This document shows positions 16,461 through 25,446 of a stretch of DNA of 64,000 bases, one piece after another; position 1 is the first letter of the stretch; each line of letters begins with the position of its first letter. The position numbers were made by a program, and so were the translations under genes. Source of the DNA: Nannocystis bainbridge. GTDB lineage: Bacteria > Myxococcota_A > Polyangia > Nannocystales > Nannocystaceae. The notes under the pieces are model-generated. The model did no database searches. It was not told where the DNA came from and saw nothing but the letters and a program-made list of their open reading frames with translations. The stretch lies in contig NZ_JAQNDL010000001.1 of the NCBI RefSeq assembly GCF_028368995.1, positions 2,336,001 through 2,400,000 of the forward strand, in the 5' to 3' direction.

Positions 16461-17441
16461 TCACAGCCGCTGGTCGATGTGCGTCTTGGCCCGCAGGCTC
16501 GAGCGCAGGTCTTTGACCGCGCGGGCGAACGACTCTTGCTCGAGCTGCATGCGGATGCGCTCCTTGGCCTGGTCGAACGGCAGCACGTTGCCGGTGTCGT
16601 GGCGGACCACCTTGACCACCAGGAACCCCTGGCCGGTCTCGAGCGGGCCCACCGTCTCGCCGACGCGGGCGGCGAAGATGGCGTCCTCGATGGTCGGGGC
16701 GACCTCGCCGCGCGACAGCGTCGCCTTCGGCTCGGTGATCTGGAACTCCTGCGCCAGCGCCAGCGGGTCCTCGCCCGAGCGCATGCGGCGGGCGACCGCC
16801 TGGGCGTTGGCGTAGGCCGCGTCGCGGGACTTGGCCGTCTGCTCCTCGGGCGTGAACACGAAGCGCAGCAGGTCGGCCTTGATGTCGACCCCGCGGACCA
16901 TCTTGCGGTACTGCTCGCGGATCTGGGCGTCCGTCACCGACGTGTTGGCCAGCGCGCGGGTGGTCTGGTACACGAGCAGCTGGTCCTTGGTGTCCTGCAG
17001 GTAGTCGTTCCAGTTGCCGTACTGGCCGCTCTGCTCGACCGCCTCGCGCAGCTGCTTGGTGTTGGAGAACCCGTTCTCCTGCGCGATCTGCTGCAGGTAG
17101 CGGTCGACGTCGGCGTCGGTGATGCTGATCTGGAAGCGCGAGGCCTCCTTCTTGATCAGCTGTTGGTCGATGAGCTCGTCGAGCGCCTGCGTCCGCGCCT
17201 CGCGGGTCGCCATCTCGATCTGCTGCTGGGTCGGGTTGCGCCCGTACTTCTGCAGCGCCTCCTGCATGAGCGGCGAGCTGGCGACCAGGGTGTCGAGCTG
17301 GCTCAGGAGGATGATCTCGTCGCCGACCACGGCGACGATCTTGTCGAGCACGAGCCCCTCCGCGCGCGCCGGCCCCGAGCCGACCGCCAGCGAGGCGAAC
17401 CCGGCGACCACGAGCGCTGCGACGCGTGCGACCCTGCGCAT
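16461..17441 (-). CDS. surA: SurA-like periplasmic chaperone / peptidyl-prolyl isomerase
   Basis: Signal peptide; LDKIVAVVGDEIILLSQL, ALDELIDQQLI, ISITDADVD and parvulin-like GETVGPLETGQGFLVVKV. Confidence 0.8.
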   Translation of the reverse strand: MRRVARVAALVVAGFASLAVGSGPARAEGLVLDKIVAVVGDEIILLSQLDTLVASSPLMQEALQKYGRNPTQQQIEMATREARTQALDELIDQQLIKKEASRFQISITDADVDRYLQQIAQENGFSNTKQLREAVEQSGQYGNWNDYLQDTKDQLLVYQTTRALANTSVTDAQIREQYRKMVRGVDIKADLLRFVFTPEEQTAKSRDAAYANAQAVARRMRSGEDPLALAQEFQITEPKATLSRGEVAPTIEDAIFAARVGETVGPLETGQGFLVVKVVRHDTGNVLPFDQAKERIRMQLEQESFARAVKDLRSSLRAKTHIDQRL

Positions 17442-17745
17442 GCGACCCTCGTAGCACCGCCCGCCCCCGGGCACAAGGCCGCGGCGACGGCGGCCCGCCC
17501 GCGGCCCACCGGCCCCGGCGGCCGAGCTGTCCTCAAAGCCAGGAATAACCGCGTCGAGCCCGCGACGGGCGCCCCCGGTGGCCGCGAGGCGCCGACCTGA
17601 TTCCGAGCTGTCCCCGCGGCCAGGTTCTCCCGCATATGGGCTCCGGCCCGGCGAGCCCGCGGAGAGCCCCTGCCGCGGGCGCCGCGACCCGCACCGGCCG
17701 GCAGCCCTTGCGGGCGGCGGTCGCGGGGGGTCATCCTGGACCGGC

Positions 17746-20403
17746 ATGAGCGTGGTCGAGCCCGAAGTGTGGGGCCCCGAGGGGCTGTGCGAGCAGTTCT
17801 GGGACGTCGACCGCAAGATGCACAACCGCCGCTTCGCCTTCATCCTCGGCGCCGGCGCGTCGGTGCAGTCGGGGATCCCCACGGCGGGCACGCTGGTGCG
17901 GCGCTGGCTCGGCGAGCTGCATCGCCGCCTCGCCCGCGCCGACGTGCCGCTCGAGCGCTGGGCCACCGCCGAGGCGCTCGAGATCGCCGGCTTCTCGTTC
18001 GCCGACCTGCCGGCGTCCTACAGCCAGGTGTTCGCCCGCCGCTTCCGCCAGCACCCCGACGAGGGCTACGCCGACCTCGAGGACATCATGCAGGGCAAGG
18101 ACCCGAGCTTCGGCTACTCGGTGCTGGCCCACATCCTGGCCGAGACCCGCCACAAGCTGGTGATCACCACCAACTTCGACAACCTCGTCGGCGACGCGCT
18201 GTCGATCTTCACCGGCACGACGCCGCTGGTGTGCGGCCACGAGTCGCTGGCCAACTTCGTGCACGTCGAGCCGCGCCGGCCGGTGGTCGTGAAGATCCAC
18301 CGCGACCTGCTGATGGCGCCGATGAACCAGGCCGCCGAGATCGCGGCGCTGCAGACGGCGTGGATCGATCCGCTCACCCGGGTGTTCCGCGCATACACGC
18401 CGATCGTGATCGGCTACGGCGGCAACGACGGCAGCCTCATGGGCTTTTTGAATAGCCTGCCGGAGGACGCGATCCCCGGCGGGATCTTCTGGTGCTACTA
18501 CGGCCCGTCAGGCCCGCCCAGCCCGGAGATCCGCCGCCTCGTGGCGCGCCACCGCGGGGTGCTGGTGCCGGTCGAGGGCTTCGACGAGCTCATGCTGCGG
18601 CTCAGCGCGCGCCTGCGGATCCCCCTGCTCGACCAGGTGATCGAGTCCAAGGCCCGCACGCGCGTCGACAACTACCGCCGCCGCGTCGAGGAGCTGCAGG
18701 CGCGCCTGTTCCCTTCGACGCCGGCCGAGGCCGAGGCGATCGAGCAGCGCACCGGCGGGCCGGCGTCGGCCGAGCCCGCGTCACCGCGATCTGTCCCTTC
18801 GGACAGCATCACACCGATCGTGGCGCCGCCCGAGGCCTCGCCGCAACCAGCCCCGGCCGAGCGGTCGGCAGCACCGCTCTCGGACGCAGGGGAGGCGCGG
18901 CGGCCGTCGTCTTCACCTATTCCTTCGGACAGCTCGCCGCCCCGGCGTTCGCCGTCCGGAGGCAACGCGGCGACGTCGCCATCCGGTTCGCCGGTCCGTT
19001 CGCACCAGGCCCCGCTCGCCAGGCCGTCGTCCCGTGATGCTTCGGCGCCGTCGCGTTCGGGCCTGCCTGTCCTTGCGGACAGCCCGTCGCCTGCCCCTTC
19101 GGACCTGTCTCCGACAGGAAAATCTGCCTCTTCCAGGAGTCCGTCGCCCGAGCTGCGGTCTGCCCCTTCCGACCTGTCGCCAGCAGAAGAACCTGGCCTT
19201 TCGGACATGCCACCGCTCGCCCCGCAGCATGTCTCTTCAGACATGTCACAGTCGCCCTCGGCCAGACCATCGCCGCCGCTGAACCGCGCGCCCGCGAGCC
19301 CCGAGTCGCCCACCGCCCGGTCCGGCCCGTCCGCAGCCGGTTCGGCCCCGACCCGCGGCCTCGAGGTCGCGCACTCGCGGCCGTCGCCGCTGCTCTCGAC
19401 GAGCGCCTTCGTCTTGCGCCTCGACGGCATCGATCGGCCGGCCGAGCCTCACGAGTCGGAGACCTCGCACGAGCGCGGGCTCGATTCTCTCGGTGCGATG
19501 TCCCCGCCGTCGCAGGTCGATGCTTCGCGCGAGGACGACCTGGGGCTGAACGCAGCGAGCGACGAAGAGGCCGAGAGCGAAGACCGCCAGCGGGACCCGA
19601 GCGATGACAGAGCCGCCTATCTGGAAGATGTGCTTTTGGACATGTCCTCGCGCCGGCACGAGTCCCTCGACGACGCCGATGAACCCGTGAGCTTCGCGGC
19701 TGCTCCCCGCTCGTGGACCGCAGGCCCGCTGCGGCGCCTGCCTGCCGCCGCCGGCTCGTTGCAGCGGGCGCTGCAGCAGGTCGCGGGGGAGGCCGCCGCT
19801 GCCGATCCGTGGACCATCTCGCTGCAGGCGCGCGCCGAGCCGGACCGCGAGCGCGCCATCGCCCTCCTGCGCGCGGGCTTGCAGCAGTTCCCGGCCGACC
19901 GCACCCTCTCGCTCGACCTCGTGGAGCGCCTCACCGAGCGGCCCACCACCGAAGCTGTGCAATCGGCCATGTCCACGATCGCCGCGCGGCTCGCCGCCGA
20001 CCCCGGCGACAAGCTCGCGCTGGCGCACCGCGTGCTGCTGCTGGCCTGGCTCGGGCTCTATCCCGCCGCTGGCGAGGCGCTGCGCCGCCTGGGCGACGCG
20101 GTCGCCGGCTCCGATGCGATCGCCGTGGAAATCGCAGGCCTCGCCTTCCTCGACGGCCTGCTCCTGCGCCTGCAAGGCGCCGACGACGACTCGGCGCTGG
20201 CCCCGTTCCAGGTCCACGTCCACGGCATGTCGCCCATCGTCGGCCTGCCGCACGCTCTCATCGTCGCCCTCGCGGGGCGCCTCGACCCGGCCTCGCGCCG
20301 CCTGTACCTCCACCTGTCGGACCGCCTCGCCGGCAGGCTGTCGGCCGAGGAGTTCGCCCGCCGCGAGCCCCGGCTCGCCGGCTCGCCCGTCGCCCGCGTC
20401 TGA
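17746..20403 (+). CDS. SIR2-like (SIR2_2-type) domain protein with long Pro/Ser-rich linker and helical (TPR-like) C-terminus
   Basis: FILGAGASVQSGIP, VITTNFDNL, VKIHRD and IVIGYGGND motifs; about 300-aa low-complexity linker. Confidence 0.82.
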   Translation: MSVVEPEVWGPEGLCEQFWDVDRKMHNRRFAFILGAGASVQSGIPTAGTLVRRWLGELHRRLARADVPLERWATAEALEIAGFSFADLPASYSQVFARRFRQHPDEGYADLEDIMQGKDPSFGYSVLAHILAETRHKLVITTNFDNLVGDALSIFTGTTPLVCGHESLANFVHVEPRRPVVVKIHRDLLMAPMNQAAEIAALQTAWIDPLTRVFRAYTPIVIGYGGNDGSLMGFLNSLPEDAIPGGIFWCYYGPSGPPSPEIRRLVARHRGVLVPVEGFDELMLRLSARLRIPLLDQVIESKARTRVDNYRRRVEELQARLFPSTPAEAEAIEQRTGGPASAEPASPRSVPSDSITPIVAPPEASPQPAPAERSAAPLSDAGEARRPSSSPIPSDSSPPRRSPSGGNAATSPSGSPVRSHQAPLARPSSRDASAPSRSGLPVLADSPSPAPSDLSPTGKSASSRSPSPELRSAPSDLSPAEEPGLSDMPPLAPQHVSSDMSQSPSARPSPPLNRAPASPESPTARSGPSAAGSAPTRGLEVAHSRPSPLLSTSAFVLRLDGIDRPAEPHESETSHERGLDSLGAMSPPSQVDASREDDLGLNAASDEEAESEDRQRDPSDDRAAYLEDVLLDMSSRRHESLDDADEPVSFAAAPRSWTAGPLRRLPAAAGSLQRALQQVAGEAAAADPWTISLQARAEPDRERAIALLRAGLQQFPADRTLSLDLVERLTERPTTEAVQSAMSTIAARLAADPGDKLALAHRVLLLAWLGLYPAAGEALRRLGDAVAGSDAIAVEIAGLAFLDGLLLRLQGADDDSALAPFQVHVHGMSPIVGLPHALIVALAGRLDPASRRLYLHLSDRLAGRLSAEEFARREPRLAGSPVARV

Positions 20404-20419
20404 GCTTCGCAGCGCGAAG

Positions 20420-20455
20420 GACATGTCTCGAAAGACATGTCTCGATGGACATCAA
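20420..20455. repeat. 14-bp-period motif array (3 units)
   Basis: GACATGTC 20420, GACATGTC 20434, GACATCAA 20448, starting 17 bp after the SIR2 gene stop. Confidence 0.8.
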
Positions 20456-20637
20456 GCTCGCCGCCGCAGACCCGTCCTGTGGATCCGTTTCGGGGTGAGA
20501 GTCCGCCGGGCCGTCGCGCATGACTTTCAAGACAGGATGCTGACATCCGAAATCCCGCCGGTGCCAGCCGTCCCGAGAGCCAGGCCGTTTCCGCGCATAG
20601 TCCCGCAACAGCGTCAATTGGCTCCTATTCTTCGTTC

Positions 20638-20663
20638 TATAACATCTTGAAAATGATATTCAA
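20638..20663 (+). promoter_or_regulatory. putative -10 element plus Fur-box-like operator
   Basis: AT-rich island. TATAAC at 20638; TTGAAAATGATATTCAA at 20647-20663 is a dyad matching the 7-1-7 TGATAAT-N-ATTATCA at 11 of 14 positions. Confidence 0.6.
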
Positions 20664-20692
20664 AACCCATATCAATTATCTGGAGAGCACCC

Positions 20693-20941
20693 ATGCACCC
20701 CACACGCCCCTGCCAGCGGACCCGCCTCGCCACCAGCCCCATGGTCACGATCGACTCGTGCAGCTGCACGATGATCCACCTCAACGTCGGCGCCACCACC
20801 TTGCGCTTCACCCCCGAGGCGTTCGAGGGCCTGTCGGGGCTGATCCTCGAGGCCGTCGCCGAGATGGCCTCGCGCCCGCCGAGCGACCACGACGGCGGGC
20901 TCCCGCTGCACGTCGGCCGGCGCGTGCGAGGTGAGGCGTGA
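20693..20941 (+). CDS. small hypothetical protein (CxC...HL..G..TLRF motif)
   Basis: GGAG RBS at about 20682; 82 aa; stop overlaps the next GTG. Confidence 0.7.
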   Translation: MHPTRPCQRTRLATSPMVTIDSCSCTMIHLNVGATTLRFTPEAFEGLSGLILEAVAEMASRPPSDHDGGLPLHVGRRVRGEA

Positions 20942-21165
20942 GCGGTCGCCCCGGCCCGCTGCTGCTGGCGAGCGCGCCGGGCTACCGCGTCGAGCTGGGC
21001 GAGGGCGGCGTCGTCCTCGTCCACGCCGGCCCGGTCAGTTTTCGCCTCGCGCGCGACGCTTGCGAGGCCCTGACCACCACGCTCGCGCGGGCGATGGTGC
21101 GGCTGGCCCGGGTCTGTCCCAAACGACCTGTGCTCGAGGTCCTGCCCGGCGGGGGCGAGGGGTGA
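20938..21165 (+). CDS. small hypothetical protein, apparent paralog of the preceding ORF
   Basis: GTGA overlap; VLVHAGPVSFRLARDACEAL aligns by eye with IHLNVGATTLRFTPEAFEGL. Confidence 0.65.
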   Translation: MSGRPGPLLLASAPGYRVELGEGGVVLVHAGPVSFRLARDACEALTTTLARAMVRLARVCPKRPVLEVLPGGGEG

Positions 21166-21614
21166 CCGCCGGCTTCCCTGCCAGCGAGCCGCCCGAGGCC
21201 GGCGCGCTGCGGCTGGTGTTGACGCTGGCGCTGACCCGGCGCGAAGCCGCGGGCCTGCTCGCGCGCGCCGGCGAGGTCGAAGGTCTGCGGCCCTCGGCCG
21301 TGGTCGCGGCCCTCGGCGACGCGCTCGCGGGCGACGAGCAGCTGTGGCGCGAGGTCGGAGCGACGCTCGACGACCGCCTGGCCCCGTGGCTGACGGAGCT
21401 CGGCGGCCGACCCCTGCGCGACCTGCTGGCCCGCGTCTCCGGCGACGGCGAGGTCGACGTCCCTGCCCTCGCGGCCCTGCTGTGGTCGCTGATCCGCCGC
21501 CGCCAGCGCGCGCTCGGGCCGCTGCTGGCTCACGTCGTCCGCGAGGTCGAGGGCCTCATCGTCGCCGACGCCGGCCAGCGCGCCCGCGATCTCCGCCGCG
21601 AAGCGATCCTCTGA
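21162..21614 (+). CDS. hypothetical helical protein
   Basis: GTG start overlaps the previous TGA; 150 aa with high-GC3 codon pattern. Confidence 0.6.
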   Translation: MTAGFPASEPPEAGALRLVLTLALTRREAAGLLARAGEVEGLRPSAVVAALGDALAGDEQLWREVGATLDDRLAPWLTELGGRPLRDLLARVSGDGEVDVPALAALLWSLIRRRQRALGPLLAHVVREVEGLIVADAGQRARDLRREAIL

Positions 21615-21625
21615 AGCGCGCCAAG

Positions 21626-21689
21626 AGCATGTCTTCGAGGACATGACCTTTCACGCATAAACATCCAGACATGTCGCGAGCGACATGCC
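21626..21689. repeat. 14-bp-period motif array (5 units) between convergent genes
   Basis: AGCATGTC 21626, GACATGAC 21640, CGCATAAA 21654, GACATGTC 21668, GACATGCC 21682. Confidence 0.8.
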
Positions 21690-21724
21690 CCTTCCGACAG
21701 GCGATGATCGACCGCTCCGGACCG

Positions 21725-22192
21725 CTAGTCCATGCCGGTGGTGGTCGTCGCCCCGGTGTCGGTGCCCGTGCTCGTGGTCCCGGTCTCGGGCTCGTCGGTC
21801 GTCGTGCCGGTCGTCGCGTCGGTCGTCGTGTCGGTCGTCGAGGTCGAAGTCGAGGTCCCGGTCGTCGGCGTCCCGGTGGTCGGCGTCTCGGTCGTCTCGC
21901 TGGTGGTGCCGGTGCTGGTGCTCGTGCCGGTCTCGGTCTCGCCGCCGGTGCTGGTGCTGAGCGGCGGCTGGAACGAGTCCGACTCGGTGGCGGGCACGCC
22001 GTAGACGGCGGTCACCAGGCAGCCGGACAGGGTCAAGCCGGAGACCAGCAGGGCGGCGGTGCACAGCAGGCCTGTCCCCTGGGACAGGCTCTCGCCGCAG
22101 TGCGGGCAGCTGCCGGCGCCGGCGCGCAAGAATTCGCGACAAGCAGGACAGGGGACGAGACGGGTATCGGGCAGCATGGTCATGGCGTTCAC
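21725..22192 (-). CDS. small Thr-rich putative lipoprotein with N-terminal CxxC/CxxC zinc ribbon
   Basis: CPAC...CPHC, then hydrophobic LTLSGC, AVYGVP and a Thr-rich tail; overlaps the gpsA stop. Confidence 0.7.
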   Translation of the reverse strand: MNAMTMLPDTRLVPCPACREFLRAGAGSCPHCGESLSQGTGLLCTAALLVSGLTLSGCLVTAVYGVPATESDSFQPPLSTSTGGETETGTSTSTGTTSETTETPTTGTPTTGTSTSTSTTDTTTDATTGTTTDEPETGTTSTGTDTGATTTTGMD

Positions 22193-23130
22193 TCCTCACC
22201 GACCTCGCGCGACATCAATGCGGCGACGGCCTCGCTGGCGGGGATCTCGCGGGCAAAGGCGCCCGCACACAGGGTGATGACGGGCGAGTGCAGCTTGACC
22301 CGGCGGGTGTACGCGGCGATCCGGCCGGCGCTCTCGAGGCCCTCGAAGTAGGTCCCGCCGATCGAGCCGATCGCCTCGAACGGCTGGTTCTCGGCGATCG
22401 CGCGCCCGATCGCCAGCTCGGGCCGCTCGTCGCCGGCGACCGCCGCCAGCAAGTCGCCGAAGCCGGCCAGGCCCATGAAGGTCTCGTGCTTGCCGCCGAG
22501 CACCACGCCGATCCGCGCCGCCTCGGCCATCGCCCGCGTCGCCAGCATCGCCTGCGCCGCCGGCCCGAGCCCGTGGCCCTGCGCGAACCCGATCGCGGTG
22601 GCGAACAGGCCCACCGCCGTCGACGCGAACTCGGCCCCGGTGACGTCGTCGGTGCTGTAGAGCCGCAGCAGCGGCCCGCCGATCGCCTCGCGCACCGCCG
22701 CCCGCACCTCGGGGAACCGGCTGGCGACCACGCCGCCGCTCGGCCCGCCGGTGATCAGCGCCTCGGCCACCAGCGGCCCCGCCAGCGCGCCGACGCGGCG
22801 GCACGGGGTCTCGCTGCGCAGCACCTGCGTCAATCCGTGCAGGTCGTCGCCGACGACGCCGCGCGAGATGTGGACCAGGAAGTGCCCGCCGTCGAGGTGC
22901 GCCCCGAGCTCGCGGGCGATGCTGGCGACGTACGGCGACGGCACGGCGAAGAAGATCAGCTCGCACGCGGCGAGCGCGGCTGGCCCGGAGACCAGGTCGA
23001 TGTGCTCGGTGCCCGTGCGCTGCGGCCGGCGGCTCCACAGCAGCGCCTCACGCCCGGCCCGCTCGACCGCGTGCGCGAGGCCCCAGCCGAAGTTTCCGCC
23101 TCCGACGATCCCGACCGGCGGCGCGCTCAT
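22189..23130 (-). CDS. gpsA: NAD(P)H-dependent glycerol-3-phosphate dehydrogenase family protein
   Basis: GIVGGGNFG Rossmann motif, FFAVPS, LAGP, YSTDDVTGAE and TFMGLAGFGDL; coupled to an acyltransferase gene. Some catalytic positions look divergent. Confidence 0.8.
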   Translation of the reverse strand: MSAPPVGIVGGGNFGWGLAHAVERAGREALLWSRRPQRTGTEHIDLVSGPAALAACELIFFAVPSPYVASIARELGAHLDGGHFLVHISRGVVGDDLHGLTQVLRSETPCRRVGALAGPLVAEALITGGPSGGVVASRFPEVRAAVREAIGGPLLRLYSTDDVTGAEFASTAVGLFATAIGFAQGHGLGPAAQAMLATRAMAEAARIGVVLGGKHETFMGLAGFGDLLAAVAGDERPELAIGRAIAENQPFEAIGSIGGTYFEGLESAGRIAAYTRRVKLHSPVITLCAGAFAREIPASEAVAALMSREVGEE

Positions 23131-24854
23131 GCCTTGCCTCCCTGATTGACGATGCTGCGCGCGGCCGCCAGCGTCTCTTCGGTCGCCAGCTCCTCGGCCC
23201 ACGGCAGCAGGCGGTTTTGATAGAACAGCAGCAGGTTCGGATCTTCGATCAGCACGTCGTCTCCGACCTCGGTGGCGACGACCTTGGTGTGGTAGTCGCG
23301 CCACGCCGACAGCGCCTCCGAGACGATCCGCTCGGGGGACTGCGAGCGCAGCACCGGCCCGACGTGGACCCGCCCCTCGGCCTCGGCCTGCAGCAGGCGG
23401 TCGCGCGCGTCGGCGACCTCGCGCACCAGCTGCTCGCGCGGCATCGCCACCTCGCCGCGGCGGCGCTGGCGGCTGAACAGGTCGAGCTCGGGCGTGGACC
23501 ACACGAGGTAGCGGTAGAGCACGTGGGCGACCAGCTGCGTCCAGATGATCACCGTCTCGCGCTGGTACACGCGGGCGATCGCGTCGCCGAGCTCGCGCGT
23601 GTAGCCGGCGTCGCGGGCCGGGTCGACGCTGGGCACGCCGCGGCGGCGGACGTAGGAGCCCGGATCGACCGGCTGGCCCGACGGCGCGATCGATCGGCCC
23701 TCGTCGTCGACGGGGTTGCAGAACGGGTCCATCGCGTCGCCGAAGCGGACCACCAGCGCCGAGCGCAGCGTGACCAGCTTGGTCATGAAGGCGTAGATCC
23801 GGTCGATGCGCGAGAACTCGTCGTCGTCGATGATGTAGCGGGCCTGGCCGGCGCCCTTGAGGTGATCCTCGATCAGCGTCTCGGCCTCGAGCACCAGCGC
23901 GTAGTTCAGCGTCGCCGGCACGAAGAACACCGGGCGGTGGAGCCCGTTGGTCTGGTTGCGCGAGAACGCCTCGACCGCGGTGCCGGCCAGCCCGAGCTTG
24001 AGCCGGCGCTCGATCGTGCCCGAGCGCGAGCGCGTGCCGCCGGGGAAGAACAGCGAGTGATAGCCGCGCTCGACCATCAGGCACGAATAGGTCTTCAGCG
24101 CCTCCTTGTAGACCGCGGCCGAGACCCGCCGGTCGACGCGGTAGGCGCCGAGGTTGTGCATGAAGAAGCTGATCAGCGGGTTCGAGAACAGGTTCCTGCC
24201 GGCGCCGTAGACCACCGGCGGCAGGTTGGCGCGCAGCAGCACGTAGCCGAGCGCGACCGAGTCGAGGTTCGACGAGTGGGTCGGGACCAGCACCAGCGTG
24301 CCGATCTGGGCCAGCCGGCGCAGCTTGTCGATCGGGCCCTCGGCCGAGATCAGGGCGTCGAGCTGGCTGAAGCCGCCGGCCAGCAGCTGGGTCGGCAGAC
24401 CCATCGGGTTCATCACCGCCGTCAGCACGCCGGGGATCAGCCGCGCCGACAAGTTGTAGACCCGCGGGTCGAAGTTGCCGGCGATGTCCTCGACCATGAC
24501 GCGGCTGATGGACCGCAGGCTGTCGCTGCGCTCCTCGTGCGACATCTTGCCGAGCCGCTTGACCAGCCGGCGCCACGAGCCCAGCGCCAGGTCGGCCTCG
24601 GCGTCGCCCTGCCCCGCGAGCCGGCGGATCTCGGCGTGGCCGGCCTCGTTGAGCGCGTACAGCAGCCGCTTCGGATCGGCCGCGAAGTGCTCCTCGGTGC
24701 GGCGCACCACCTCGGTGATGATCTCTTCGCGCTCGCTGTTGAAGCGGAAGATCTGCGGGTCACCCGGCTGCGGCTTGGGCCCGAACATGGCCGGCAGGCG
24801 CAACGGGCGGGACAGCAGGCGATGCACGATCGAGCGCATGGGCCGGGCGAGCAT
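23127..24854 (-). CDS. glycerol-3-phosphate acyltransferase (PlsB/PlsC family)
   Basis: PTHSSNLD (HxxxxD), GAYRVDRR and FFPGGTRSRSG acyltransferase blocks. Start may be 24839. Confidence 0.87.
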   Translation of the reverse strand: MLARPMRSIVHRLLSRPLRLPAMFGPKPQPGDPQIFRFNSEREEIITEVVRRTEEHFAADPKRLLYALNEAGHAEIRRLAGQGDAEADLALGSWRRLVKRLGKMSHEERSDSLRSISRVMVEDIAGNFDPRVYNLSARLIPGVLTAVMNPMGLPTQLLAGGFSQLDALISAEGPIDKLRRLAQIGTLVLVPTHSSNLDSVALGYVLLRANLPPVVYGAGRNLFSNPLISFFMHNLGAYRVDRRVSAAVYKEALKTYSCLMVERGYHSLFFPGGTRSRSGTIERRLKLGLAGTAVEAFSRNQTNGLHRPVFFVPATLNYALVLEAETLIEDHLKGAGQARYIIDDDEFSRIDRIYAFMTKLVTLRSALVVRFGDAMDPFCNPVDDEGRSIAPSGQPVDPGSYVRRRGVPSVDPARDAGYTRELGDAIARVYQRETVIIWTQLVAHVLYRYLVWSTPELDLFSRQRRRGEVAMPREQLVREVADARDRLLQAEAEGRVHVGPVLRSQSPERIVSEALSAWRDYHTKVVATEVGDDVLIEDPNLLLFYQNRLLPWAEELATEETLAAARSIVNQGGKA

Positions 24855-24910
24855 AGCCGGCTCGCGGCGCCGCCACTACTCCCCTGCGGCCCCCGATCGT
24901 GCGCCGGCGA

Positions 24911-25246
24911 TCACAGCGCGGTGATCGGCTCGCAGTAGAGCGAGTAGTTCTCGTTGGTGTAGCCGGGATCGCACACGCAGGTCGGCTTGATGTCGACGGG
25001 CACGCACTGGCCGGCCTCGCCGCAGAAGACCCCGCGGCACACGTTGAACTTGTCGTAGCAATAATCGCCGTCCGGGTCGCACACGCTGGTGGGCTCGTTG
25101 CAGAAGCCCCCCGGCGCGCAAAAGCCTCCGGGCGAGCCCGGCGGCGGCTCTTTCGGGCCCGGACCTTCGTAACACGCACCGCCCAGCAGCGCGCCCAGCA
25201 GCGCCACGCCCAACAGCTCGCGAACTCGGTGGCGGCCTCTGATCAC
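24911..25246 (-). CDS. small Cys-rich lipoprotein (EGF-like C-terminus)
   Basis: LLGGAC lipobox; 11 Cys including CVCDPGY. Confidence 0.7.
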   Translation of the reverse strand: MIRGRHRVRELLGVALLGALLGGACYEGPGPKEPPPGSPGGFCAPGGFCNEPTSVCDPDGDYCYDKFNVCRGVFCGEAGQCVPVDIKPTCVCDPGYTNENYSLYCEPITAL

Positions 25247-25446
25247 CCGATCACCGTAGCCGCAAAACCGCGCGCAAGGGAAGAGTGAGCCGGGCCCGCG
25301 GTCCCGGACGTCTGCGCCGGACCTCGGGACAGGCGCGAGGCTGCGGCACCCAGACCCCGCCGCGCCCGCACGCGCGCCCAGGGACCGGGGTTTCGCGCCC
25401 GGCAGCGCTGTTTTCCTCCGTGGCCGGCCCTGGTACCGTGCCCGGG

